Shown here: positions 38,027 through 47,767 of the stretch, in pieces
Layout of the letters: each line of letters begins with the position of its first letter
Position numbering within the stretch: the first letter of the stretch is position 1
Assembly: GCA_963676835.2 (NCBI GenBank)
Contig: CAXXFF010000003.1
Coordinates: forward strand, 832,001 to 896,000
DNA from: Marispirochaeta sp.
GTDB taxonomy: Bacteria > Spirochaetota > Spirochaetia > JC444 > Marispirochaetaceae
DNA: 64,000 nt
Reading direction: 5' to 3'
Program-made: the position numbers and the translations under genes
Notes under the pieces: generated by a model
The model's input: the letters and a program-made list of their open reading frames with translations, nothing else
What the model was told of the DNA's origin: nothing
Databases searched by the model: none

Positions 38027-39169
38027 TCACTGCTCTCTGCAATACGGATTCAATACATTTACTGTAGAACCATTACCAATTTGCCCCTGACTGTTGTTTC
38101 CCCATGACCACAGGCTCCCATCGCCTCTGATTGCCATAGAGAAAGAAGAGCCCGCCGAAATCATTGACCAACTGCCGGTCCCGAAGAGATGGGGAATTGT
38201 ATTGGATGTGGTAGTACCGTCGCCAAGTTGTCCTGAACCATTGGCCCCCCAGATCCACATAGTCGCATCCGGTTTCACTGCGACAGTAAAGTAATAACCC
38301 AGGGAAACTGAACTGTATACACCGCTGCCAACCTGCTGCGGGACACTCGTACTGCTTGTAGTTCCATCTCCCAGCTGCCCGAGCTGATTATCACCCCAGG
38401 CCCACAGGGTACCGTCGCTTTTTAATCCGACGGTATTATGAAAACCTGCAGCAACAGATTGCCATGTATCCGTACCAATCTGCTGCGGAGTATCGGCATC
38501 AACGGTGGTTCCAATACCCAGCTGACCGGTGTCGTTGTACCCCCATACCCATAATGTGCCGTCCGCCTTAATCCCCGCCGAGAACCAGTAACCTGCGGAT
38601 ACTGCAGTCCATTTATCAGTACCTATCTGCTGCGGCGACAATGCAGTTACCGTAGATCCGTTGCCGATCTGCCCGTGATTGTTGCGTCCCCATGCCCATA
38701 GAGTTTCGTCGGATTTTATGGCAAGGGTATGTGCAAATCCCGCAGAAACATCAATCCAGGCTTCAGTCCCAATCTGCTGCGGGCTTACAGCATTAACCGT
38801 TGTTCCGTCTCCCAGGGCACCATAGGAGTTTGCCCCCCAGGCCCATAGGGTATTATCAGTACGTATGGCTGCGGTGTGTTCGTTTCCGGCAGAGACTGTT
38901 TTCCAGACAAACTGCCCCACGCGCTGAGGGAATAATGCATTTTCAGTTGATCCGTTACCCAGCTGTCCGGAAGCATTATACCCCCAGGTCCATAACGTTC
39001 CATCCTCCCTTATAGCCGTACTATATGAATTACCGGCCTCAATAAAGTTCCAGGAGAGAGACTCATAGCCGGAACTGCCGGCACCACTGTGATCACAGGC
39101 CGCAATAATAAGCAATAGTATTATTCCCATACCTGCTGCTGCACAGTTTTTCAGCTTCACAAAAACCAC
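38027..39169 (-). CDS. RCC1/BLIP-II repeat lipoprotein
   Basis: Lipobox IAAC; DGTLWxWGxNxxGQLG repeats. Confidence 0.9.
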   Translation of the reverse strand: MVFVKLKNCAAAGMGIILLLIIAACDHSGAGSSGYESLSWNFIEAGNSYSTAIREDGTLWTWGYNASGQLGNGSTENALFPQRVGQFVWKTVSAGNEHTAAIRTDNTLWAWGANSYGALGDGTTVNAVSPQQIGTEAWIDVSAGFAHTLAIKSDETLWAWGRNNHGQIGNGSTVTALSPQQIGTDKWTAVSAGYWFSAGIKADGTLWVWGYNDTGQLGIGTTVDADTPQQIGTDTWQSVAAGFHNTVGLKSDGTLWAWGDNQLGQLGDGTTSSTSVPQQVGSGVYSSVSLGYYFTVAVKPDATMWIWGANGSGQLGDGTTTSNTIPHLFGTGSWSMISAGSSFSMAIRGDGSLWSWGNNSQGQIGNGSTVNVLNPYCREQ

Positions 39170-39377
39170 TACAATACTCCTTAACAGGGCATACTCATGC
39201 CTGAAATGGTTTTAGTATTTCATATTGATAAGAAGGATAAACTGTAAGTTACTGCAGGTTTTTAGCTGCAGTTTACTGCAGGGATGATGGAATATTTATT
39301 TGCAAGTATCTGCATTTATGATATAAAAACTTCACATTACCAGATTATATAAGAAAGACAGCTTACAAAGGTAAACA

Positions 39378-41435
39378 GTGAAGGCAAACCGCAGACACAC
39401 AGCAGCGTTATCCATCCTGGTTCTTTATGCACTGATACTGGCACTATTTACATGGACTCCTGATAATCCTGGAGATACTTCAAAAGACCTCAAAGCTGAA
39501 CTGGATATAACCGATATCAACCATTTAAACAAAGGCTATCTTCCTCTTGATAGCGGATGGGAATTCTTCTGGAGTAAATTTCTTCAACCTGGCAACCCGG
39601 ACAGGATATCGCCGGATCTGATATCGCCCGCCGGGGAATGGAATTCGTTAAGTCTTCATGATGAGAAACTACCAGGCCAGGGGTTTGGAACCTATCGAAA
39701 AATAATAGCACACAATCCAGGACAGGATTTATCTCTTATGACAGGCAGGATTTACTCCAGTTATCGTCTATATATAAACGGCAGGCTTGCAGCAGCTGCG
39801 GGTGATCCAGGAAAAGACAGCAGCTCAACCCGGCATAACTATGCCCCCCAAATAGTGAAGATTACCAATACTGCAGATAACAGGGCCGAAATCATGCTGC
39901 ATATTTCAAATTTTGCTCATTATAAGGGCGGATTATGCAGTTACGAACCTATCTATATCGGCAAACCAGACGCAATAGCTTCCTTGTTTCAGAAAAGGGC
40001 CATTACTTATGTTGTATTCCTGGGAATTCTTTCCATGGGAATTATATTCAATTTTCTTCTTTTTCTGTTCCGCAGAAATGAGCCGCTTTATCTGTATTTA
40101 GCACTTATCTGCCTGACGAGTACCATAGTTATATCCCTGGATCTTGGCTATTATTCACTTGATGCCAACTTAATCGCCAATTGGTTGATAAGAGAAAAAA
40201 TAAACTCCGCTGTACAGGCATTGGGAACTCTTTTTTACCTGCTGTTTCTGGAACGAATTTTCAGGAAAGAGTTTTCGCCCCGATTTCTGCATGCAGCTGT
40301 CATTATTTTTCCCGCTATTACATTGCTGACACTTGCTCTCCCTGTAGCAGCAGGACTGAGGATATTCAGGATATACCTTGTTCTTATGGCCGGGACAATT
40401 GCCTACTGTCTCTATGTTTTACTGCGCTCTATAATTAAGCGGAATACTTCTGTTAATTATTTGGCTGTTGCATATCTTGTTATAAGCATAACCGCTATTA
40501 TTCAGTACATAAATTATCAGAACCAGGCGTACTTCCTTGACATTATACCAATACTGCACACTGTAGTTATTATAATCGTACTGACCAACACTGTGTATCT
40601 GTCTATGCACTATAAAAGGGCGCTCAGAAAAGCTACTGTGTTGTCGGGCAGACTGGAGAAAAAAGTCTCCCAGCGAACCCGGGAACTGGAATTATCCCGG
40701 AATATAATAGCAACAATAAACGGAGAGCAGAAAGAGCTGCTCAGGCTCCTTTGTAATGATCTGTCCGGACCTTTTACCACCCTCACAGATATTATTCACA
40801 AACTTAAAAACTACCCTGAAGACTTTGAGAGGTACAGAGAGCGAGAAATTGGCGAAGCTGAGCAAACACTTGAAGAAAGCCTGTTATTGATTAAAAACAT
40901 CAACGGCAGTGGAGACCTATCAGAAACCAGGGCAAACCCCAGAAAGGTCAGTCTTCAGGAAATTCTGACCCTGACAGAATCACTGAGCCAGGAAATGTTG
41001 AATAAAAAACAGATACGTCTTGAAGCAACAGCAGATCAGAATCTGACTATCTACATTGAACCCGCACTTTTTGTCCACGCAGTTCTGCTGAATTTAATCG
41101 GGAATGCTGTCAAATATTCATCCCCGGGCTCATGTATCTATATTAAGGCAGAAAAATTCGGTCATATGATTAAAATGAGCATACGGGATGAAGGAATAGG
41201 TATGCCTCAATTAATGGCTGACAAAATACTGGTGAATCCAGGTAATTATCGCCGAAACGGAACATCCGGCGAGATCGGTGCTGGTTTTGGTTTACGTTTG
41301 GCACACAAATTTATTTTGCTGTTTAATGGGGAGATTGATATTGAATCGAAAGAAAACAGTGGTTCCACTGTAATTCTTAAATTACCTTCCGATTTCCCGC
41401 TTAAAGGTATGTTCAAAAATGAGGCTGGAGAGTGA
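39378..41435 (+). CDS. 7TM-DISM-type sensor histidine kinase lacking the phospho-accepting His
   Basis: WEFFW and GFGTYR extracellular domain, ~7 TM segments, LLCNDL H-box, NLIGNAVKYS, DEGIG, GFGL. Confidence 0.85.
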   Translation: MKANRRHTAALSILVLYALILALFTWTPDNPGDTSKDLKAELDITDINHLNKGYLPLDSGWEFFWSKFLQPGNPDRISPDLISPAGEWNSLSLHDEKLPGQGFGTYRKIIAHNPGQDLSLMTGRIYSSYRLYINGRLAAAAGDPGKDSSSTRHNYAPQIVKITNTADNRAEIMLHISNFAHYKGGLCSYEPIYIGKPDAIASLFQKRAITYVVFLGILSMGIIFNFLLFLFRRNEPLYLYLALICLTSTIVISLDLGYYSLDANLIANWLIREKINSAVQALGTLFYLLFLERIFRKEFSPRFLHAAVIIFPAITLLTLALPVAAGLRIFRIYLVLMAGTIAYCLYVLLRSIIKRNTSVNYLAVAYLVISITAIIQYINYQNQAYFLDIIPILHTVVIIIVLTNTVYLSMHYKRALRKATVLSGRLEKKVSQRTRELELSRNIIATINGEQKELLRLLCNDLSGPFTTLTDIIHKLKNYPEDFERYREREIGEAEQTLEESLLLIKNINGSGDLSETRANPRKVSLQEILTLTESLSQEMLNKKQIRLEATADQNLTIYIEPALFVHAVLLNLIGNAVKYSSPGSCIYIKAEKFGHMIKMSIRDEGIGMPQLMADKILVNPGNYRRNGTSGEIGAGFGLRLAHKFILLFNGEIDIESKENSGSTVILKLPSDFPLKGMFKNEAGE

Positions 41436-43480
41436 TCTACGCCATCCGCAAAAAAGTTATACTTATCACGTGTCTAATTGCCGCTTATTTAATTCTGCTT
41501 TTAGGTCTGACATTAGTAACAGGCAATAATAGCCCCCACCATGTTGTGGCATTCAAGGGGATCATTGATCTTCAGCACTCTCCCGAGGCCTTTAATAACA
41601 CGTGCATGCCCATTGAGGGTGAATTGGAATTCTACTGGAAGAAATTTCTTCAACCGAATGATTTTAATACAGAAGAGCCGGTCCGGTATTCTCCCGGCAA
41701 GGAATGGATCCATATCACACAGGATGGGAAGAATTTACCTTCTCAGGGATATGCCACCTATAGACTTCTCATCATGCATAAGCCGGGTCAGGACCTTGCT
41801 TTACTTATTCAGAGAATTTACTCATCCTACAGAGTTTATATAAACGGTGTATCTGCAGCCAATGCAGGTATCCCTGCAAAAACCAGGGACTCAACCATTC
41901 CTCTCTATAAAACACAGACGGTGCCCATAGATACCACCGGCAGGACACAGACGGAAATAGTTATTCATACCGCAAACTATGAACAGTACAAGGGGGGACT
42001 CTGCGGGTATGAACCTTTATATTTAGGCACTGAGAGATCAGTACAATCGCTGTTTCAAAGAAAATTATATACCCACGTCTTTTTCCTGGGCTTTCTGCTA
42101 ATGGGGGCAGTTTTAAACTTCATTCTATTTTTATCCCGAAGAACAGAAAAACCCTATTTATATTTTTCCCTGATCTACCTGATAACTGTTACCGTGCTCT
42201 ATCTTGATATGCGGGTATTCTCGGTGACCCCTGTATATCTGCTTTCATATGCAACCAGAGAGGAACTGAACTATGCGGTGCAGTATATCGGCACCATACT
42301 GTATGTTCTCTTTCTGCAGAAGATGTTCAACCATACAATTCCCCGTCCACTTATGGCTGCAATAATAACTGTTTTCAGTTTGATGGCTCTGGCAGCTCTC
42401 ACACTTCCTTCACCGCTAAGCATGCAGATCTATAACGTATACCTTATCTTTTTATCTCTTATTTTTGTTTATTTTCTCTATATACTCGTAATGGTTGTTA
42501 TAAAAGCTGCCAACGTTCAGTATATTTTCGCCCTGGCCTATATATTGCTTTTTATGAGCCTGATTTTCCAGAGCTATTTTTACCAGCAGCAGGCATATAT
42601 TTTCGATACAATCCCGGTTCTGCATTTGCATGTGGTGCTTGTCTTTCTAATTAATACAGTATATCTGGCGTTGAACTACAGAAAAGCTCTGGATACGGCA
42701 CACGAACTCTCTTTTAACCTGGAAAAACAGGTAGAGAAACGAACCAGAGAACTTCAACAGAGCAATACTATCATCGAAACAGTGAACGAAGAGCAGAAAG
42801 CCCTTCTGAGACTTCTCTGTCATGATCTTTCAACGCCCTTTATATCCATGAGGTTCTTTACTAAACTGCTGAAAGATTCGCCCAAGACATTTAATCAGAA
42901 AAGAGAAGTCTATCTGACAGAAATGCAGCAGGTTATGAAAAACGGCAAAGCATTGTTGGAGAATGTACGCATTAGCAGCGAAAAGCAGAAAATCACTGCC
43001 CGCCCCCGGCTTTTCCGCTTGTCAGAGGCTGTGAGTCTTGCCGAATCAATGAGCAGTGTTTTTCGGGATAAAAAAGAGATTGCCCTGCTTGTAGATGTAG
43101 ATGATTCGCTTTATATCTACAGCGACTTTTCTCTTTTTGTGCATTCCGTACTTTTAAACCTCATTCGCAATGCTGTAAAGTTTTCTCTTCCAGGAGCTTC
43201 CATATATATGGCCGCCCATAAAACCAACGACCGGGTTATAATGACCATCAGGGATGAAGGAATCGGTATGTCCCGTGAAATTCTGGAAAAAGTTCTGACA
43301 CACCCTGCAGAATGTCAACGAACAGGAACTGCAGGAGAAGAAGGCACAGGTTTCGGATTAAGACTGGCCATGAAGTTCATCGAATTATTCAGAGGAACAC
43401 TTGCTTTAAGCTCCCGGGAAAACGACGGTACAACGGTTATTCTGGACCTTCCGTCATCACCGCAACCGATGAAGAATTAA
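41432..43480 (+). CDS. 7TM-DISM-type sensor histidine kinase
   Basis: Paralogue of upstream gene; LLCHDLSTP, NLIRNAVKFS, DEGIG, GTGFGL. Confidence 0.9.
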   Translation: MIYAIRKKVILITCLIAAYLILLLGLTLVTGNNSPHHVVAFKGIIDLQHSPEAFNNTCMPIEGELEFYWKKFLQPNDFNTEEPVRYSPGKEWIHITQDGKNLPSQGYATYRLLIMHKPGQDLALLIQRIYSSYRVYINGVSAANAGIPAKTRDSTIPLYKTQTVPIDTTGRTQTEIVIHTANYEQYKGGLCGYEPLYLGTERSVQSLFQRKLYTHVFFLGFLLMGAVLNFILFLSRRTEKPYLYFSLIYLITVTVLYLDMRVFSVTPVYLLSYATREELNYAVQYIGTILYVLFLQKMFNHTIPRPLMAAIITVFSLMALAALTLPSPLSMQIYNVYLIFLSLIFVYFLYILVMVVIKAANVQYIFALAYILLFMSLIFQSYFYQQQAYIFDTIPVLHLHVVLVFLINTVYLALNYRKALDTAHELSFNLEKQVEKRTRELQQSNTIIETVNEEQKALLRLLCHDLSTPFISMRFFTKLLKDSPKTFNQKREVYLTEMQQVMKNGKALLENVRISSEKQKITARPRLFRLSEAVSLAESMSSVFRDKKEIALLVDVDDSLYIYSDFSLFVHSVLLNLIRNAVKFSLPGASIYMAAHKTNDRVIMTIRDEGIGMSREILEKVLTHPAECQRTGTAGEEGTGFGLRLAMKFIELFRGTLALSSRENDGTTVILDLPSSPQPMKN

Positions 43481-43545
43481 CCTGGGCATATTGCACAGGC
43501 ATAGAAGCCGAAGATATACTTTGCCGAATTTCGGGAGTACAACAA

Positions 43546-44166
43546 ATGACCATCATAGTTGCAGATGATCACCTGATGATCAGGGAAGGAATCAAACAGA
43601 TCATTTTAAAAATGCGCAATATGCAGATAATTGCTGAAGCAGAAACAGGCCTTGAAGCCCTGGAGTACGCAAAAAAACTGCCCTGCGACATTCTTCTTAT
43701 TGATATAAATATGCCGGAACTCAACGGAATAGAAGTTCTGAGTCGTATCAAGACAGAGAAGCCCGAATTAAAAGTTATTGTTTACAGTATGTTCTGTGAT
43801 AAAAACACAATCCATAAAGCAGTAAAAAACGATGTGGACGGCTACATTCTTAAAGATGACTCAGAATCAGTCTTTCTTGATGTAGTAAAAAATGTTGCTG
43901 CCGGCAACAAAACCTTCTCCCCGAGAATTCAGTCGATTATTTTTTCTCTTGCTGCTGATTCTCATATGTCCCCTCTGGAAAAACTGACAATCCAGGAACT
44001 GGAAGTTTTCAATCTGCTTACGGAAGGAAAAAAACGTTCAGATATTGCGGAAGAACTGGGTATCGCGATAAGAACCGTAGATTTTCATACCCGTAATTTA
44101 AAAGACAAACTGCATACGGAAAATATCGGCGACCTTATTCGTCTCCGCCGGGAGCATTCGCTCTAA
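43546..44166 (+). CDS. NarL/LuxR family response regulator
   Basis: ADDHLMIREG, DINMP, GYILK, LuxR HTH; start at MTIIV with GGGAG RBS. Confidence 0.93.
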   Translation: MTIIVADDHLMIREGIKQIILKMRNMQIIAEAETGLEALEYAKKLPCDILLIDINMPELNGIEVLSRIKTEKPELKVIVYSMFCDKNTIHKAVKNDVDGYILKDDSESVFLDVVKNVAAGNKTFSPRIQSIIFSLAADSHMSPLEKLTIQELEVFNLLTEGKKRSDIAEELGIAIRTVDFHTRNLKDKLHTENIGDLIRLRREHSL

Positions 44167-44207
44167 AAAGAGAAAAAAAAGAAACGATACAGTTATTCTT
44201 AAGTACT

Positions 44208-44362
44208 GGGCACCTCTAAAAAGTGGTATTTCTACCATAGTCAAGGAGGATAGATTTTGCAGCGCCCGCACCCTGCACCAAAATTGTTTTGGTGCAGGGG
44301 AGGATCGTGGGAAATCTTGACAACGAAGGATATGGAGAAAAGAGTAGTTTTTAGAGCTGCCC
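44208..44362. mobile_element. MITE-like element, copy 1
   Basis: TIR GGGCACCTCTAAAAA / TTTTTAGAGCTGCCC (14/15); homologous to 57801-57961. Confidence 0.75.
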
Positions 44363-44449
44363 TGCTCTTAATACTTTATGATACGTTCCGTTTGCTTATA
44401 TACCTGCAACAGCCCGCTGCAAGGATATTTCAATGAAGGATTATACATT

Positions 44450-45103
44450 CTACAGATTCAGAAGTTCAGCCTGTACGTTCTGTCCGTCAAATTCCGCAAG
44501 AGCATAATGCCCTTCTGCGAGGCTCCCCGGATTGACCAGAAGTGATTCGGCAAAGGTTGAAACAGACCGTGCTTCATGGATATGACCGGTGCAGACAAGC
44601 GGGGGTTTATGTTTACGGATAAAATCTGCCACCGCATGGCTTCCCACGTTTAGTCCGCTTCGGATACGATCTGCGCTGCTGTTAACAGGCGGCTGATGAC
44701 TAACAAAAACCCAGGGGACTTCCGGAATTATTCCCGCCATTTTTTCAAGAAGTTCAGCTCCTTCCTCTTCGGTATATACCGAAGGAGTATCTATTGGAGC
44801 CGGCAGGGAACCGCCGATACCGAGAATGGAAAGTCCCTCAAGTGAGCAGCAGCCCGCATGAGCGGAAAGGCCCTCGTCCTCAAGATAAGCAAGCACTTCG
44901 GGTTTATCGCAGTTGCCATGAATTCCGCATACTGGGGCTCCACCCTCCATGAGAGCATGCATAACCGGTTCTGCCTGGGCTTTACGGCCGAAATGGGTAA
45001 TGTCACCACAGACGATGATCCCGTCAATATCCCGGGCAATCTTTACCACCATTGATGCGTTTTCTTTTCCACCATGAATATCGGAAACAATTAGGATCTT
45101 CAT
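44450..45103 (-). CDS. Metallophosphoesterase
   Basis: DIH, GD, GNCD, HQPP, GHIHE, NPGS. Confidence 0.92.
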   Translation of the reverse strand: MKILIVSDIHGGKENASMVVKIARDIDGIIVCGDITHFGRKAQAEPVMHALMEGGAPVCGIHGNCDKPEVLAYLEDEGLSAHAGCCSLEGLSILGIGGSLPAPIDTPSVYTEEEGAELLEKMAGIIPEVPWVFVSHQPPVNSSADRIRSGLNVGSHAVADFIRKHKPPLVCTGHIHEARSVSTFAESLLVNPGSLAEGHYALAEFDGQNVQAELLNL

Positions 45104-45140
45104 CCAGAGGCTCCTTTTTTATTATTGGACATCTATACTT

Positions 45141-45875
45141 TTAACGATTCATACCGCTGAATTCAAGAAGAGCACGGTAAAGTTCTGATTCAAGGCCAAT
45201 AAGCCCGGGGTCCGTAAGGCTCCGTTCTCCCCGGGGCAAAGGATTCTCCAGCTGAAGCTGAATCTTGCCGGGGGGACTGCTTACAACAGTAATACTATCA
45301 CCCAGGACAAGAGCTTCCTGAATATCGTGGGTAACAAAAAGCGTAGTCGGTGCTTTTTCCGACCAGAGACTGAGAAACCAGTCCACCAGATCCAGCTTGC
45401 GGGCAAGATCAAGAGCCTGAAGGGGTTCGTCCATGAGAAGTATTTCCCCGGGATAGGTAAAAGCCCTGGCAATAACCGCCCGCTGCCGCATTCCGCCGGA
45501 CAGTTCCCGGGGGTAGGAATCGACAAAATCCGCCATACCAACCCTTTTCAGAGCATTTTCAGCTGTTTCCCGGTAACTCCCCCCATCGGTCTCATTGCTT
45601 ACACCTTCCAGAACAAACTCCAGGTTCTGCCGTATAGTCAGCCATGGAATAAGCCGGGGCTCCTGAAACAGGTAGCTTATACGCCTTTCACCCACCCCTT
45701 CGATTGAACCTGAGTCTGGAACCTGCAGACCGGATAGCATGTTCAAAAGGGTTGTCTTACCGCATCCTGAAGGCCCCAGAAGAACCGAAACCTCGCCGGA
45801 GGGAATCTCCAGGTTCAGTCCCTCAAACAAGGTTAGATCGCCAAAGCTTTTTCGTATTTCCTTTAAGCGAATCAC
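45141..45875 (-). CDS. ABC transporter ATP-binding protein (nitrate/sulfonate type)
   Basis: GPSGCGKT, LSGGMRQR, LLMDEP, VTHD. Confidence 0.93.
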   Translation of the reverse strand: MIRLKEIRKSFGDLTLFEGLNLEIPSGEVSVLLGPSGCGKTTLLNMLSGLQVPDSGSIEGVGERRISYLFQEPRLIPWLTIRQNLEFVLEGVSNETDGGSYRETAENALKRVGMADFVDSYPRELSGGMRQRAVIARAFTYPGEILLMDEPLQALDLARKLDLVDWFLSLWSEKAPTTLFVTHDIQEALVLGDSITVVSSPPGKIQLQLENPLPRGERSLTDPGLIGLESELYRALLEFSGMNR

Positions 45876-46687
45876 AGTGAGATCCCTCCCCTGCGTACCC
45901 CCGGGAACAATAGAGCGCTTCGTTGAAGAAGGAACTCACTACAGGCGGATATAAGCACCGCTGCTACAGTCCAGGCAACAACCTCGGCGGTTTCTATATA
46001 TATCTTTGCCTCATACATGGAGGACCCCACTGCAATTGAGGGCCGGGAGAGGATCTCAGCAGCAATAACAGCCTTCCAGATAATCCCCAGACCGGTCCGG
46101 GCTCCAGCCATAAAGAAGGCGAACAGGCCGGGTATAAGGATCTTGAAAAGAATACGCTGTTTTGGAACCCGGTACACCTCGGCCATCTCGATAAGCCTGG
46201 GGTCAACACTACGGATACCGGCAACAACATTCTCATACATAATGGGAAAAGCCATTAATACCGCTACAAAAACCGGAACAAACCCCGAAGGAAACCAGAT
46301 AAGAGCAAGAAGAATAAAAGACATTACCGGAGTACTGCGAATAGTTACAATAAGCGGCTTCAAAAGCTTCCGCAGATTTCCGGATAAACCACTGGCAATA
46401 CCAAGAGTAAGACCGGCAAGGGCTGAAACAAAAAAAGCCCCCAGACCTCTTAGAGTTGTTGCCCATAGAGCCGGCAGAAACCCGGGAGAAGCCGCTACGG
46501 AGACAAGTGTTTTGATCGTTTTTACCGGACCGGGAAGAATAACCTCGGAGCCCGCAAAGAGGGCTCCGATTTTCCATACTGCCACCAGCAGAAGTATACC
46601 CAGGAGAACCATTCCCTGCGGGGAACTTCCCGGGGTGCTGTCTTTTTCTTTATTCGTAAAAATCATCTCCGGGGAGTTTACCACCAA
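45872..46687 (-). CDS. ABC transporter permease (SsuC/TauC type)
   Basis: Hydrophobic; LIEMAEVYRV, WKAVIAAE; start uncertain. Confidence 0.88.
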   Translation of the reverse strand: MVVNSPEMIFTNKEKDSTPGSSPQGMVLLGILLLVAVWKIGALFAGSEVILPGPVKTIKTLVSVAASPGFLPALWATTLRGLGAFFVSALAGLTLGIASGLSGNLRKLLKPLIVTIRSTPVMSFILLALIWFPSGFVPVFVAVLMAFPIMYENVVAGIRSVDPRLIEMAEVYRVPKQRILFKILIPGLFAFFMAGARTGLGIIWKAVIAAEILSRPSIAVGSSMYEAKIYIETAEVVAWTVAAVLISACSEFLLQRSALLFPGVRRGGISL

Positions 46688-47651
46688 CGGAGGCCGGTGC
46701 GAAGCCGAAGAAAACTGAATAAAGCTCTTCTACCCTTGGACGTGCTTCAGCAGCCCGCTGAAAGCGCAGATTAAGCCTGGGTACGGCGGCGCTGATAACC
46801 GGCGCGGGCATCTGCATATACTTGAATGCAAGAGATCCGGTTTCGGCGGGATTAGCATTTACCCAGTCGATCGCATCTGCATATGCGGTAAAAAAGCTTT
46901 CTACTGCATCCGGACGGATTTCGAGGAGCTTGTTGCTTACAAGGATTCCTGTCATTGGGTAGGTTTCTCCGGTACCCGAGACTTCCGCCCAAACCTTCTG
47001 AAGATCGATCACCGGTTTCACCGCCGGGTTCTTTGCCTGTACGATGCTCACAAAGGGTTCCGGAAGAACAGCGATATCAACCTTTCCGGAGACAAGCTGT
47101 GGGGTGATAGAAACCTGGTCATAGGAAAAATCGATTTTAACGTCCTTCTCAGGGTCAAGCCCACTCTTCTGCAGGGTATAGCGCAGAATAAATTCCGGGG
47201 TTGATCCCTGTCCGATACAGTAAACCGTTTTGCCTTTAAGGTCCGACATGGATTTAATATCATCCCGGGAACTTACAACGTGAATAAGCCCGTCGCCGGT
47301 TACCGCTTCGAAGGAGTAATCTACCCCTTTATTGGAAAGCACAGCAGCCAGGTTGATAGGTACCGCGGCAATACTGACTTCTCCGGACATTATGCGGGCT
47401 ATCATAATCTGGGGATCGGGAACCACTTCAAAGGATGAAGTAACCCCTTCGCCAAGAGACGGGTTATTCTCAAACAGAGGCAACATCCCTACCGAGGTAG
47501 GGCCTTTAAGCCCCGCGATTTTCATTTCGACTGCAGGCAAAACGACAGGTTCCACTGCCTCAGCGGCGGATTCACTGCTCCCGCCGGCAAAAAGCTGCAA
47601 AGAAGGAAGCGTAATAAAAAGCAGGAGACCTGCTACAACAAGTTTATTCAT
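46650..47651 (-). CDS. ABC transporter substrate-binding protein (NMT1/SsuA-like)
   Basis: LKGPTSVG, DLKGKTV, LPEPF. Confidence 0.88.
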   Translation of the reverse strand: MNKLVVAGLLLFITLPSLQLFAGGSSESAAEAVEPVVLPAVEMKIAGLKGPTSVGMLPLFENNPSLGEGVTSSFEVVPDPQIMIARIMSGEVSIAAVPINLAAVLSNKGVDYSFEAVTGDGLIHVVSSRDDIKSMSDLKGKTVYCIGQGSTPEFILRYTLQKSGLDPEKDVKIDFSYDQVSITPQLVSGKVDIAVLPEPFVSIVQAKNPAVKPVIDLQKVWAEVSGTGETYPMTGILVSNKLLEIRPDAVESFFTAYADAIDWVNANPAETGSLAFKYMQMPAPVISAAVPRLNLRFQRAAEARPRVEELYSVFFGFAPASVGGKLPGDDFYE

Positions 47652-47767
47652 ATATTCTCCTTGAAATTACAGAAAAACAGTAATAAAGGAACCTTCCTTG
47701 GTCAACACGAAAACTCAGCCAATACCTGTTATTAAGGAAGAAGCCGCAAGTGGATCAAATAGATCCC

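Noticed and set aside
43312..43545. 78-aa N-terminal extension of the response regulator
   Set aside because: Overlaps the kinase gene and looks non-coding; a good RBS and ATG exist at 43546
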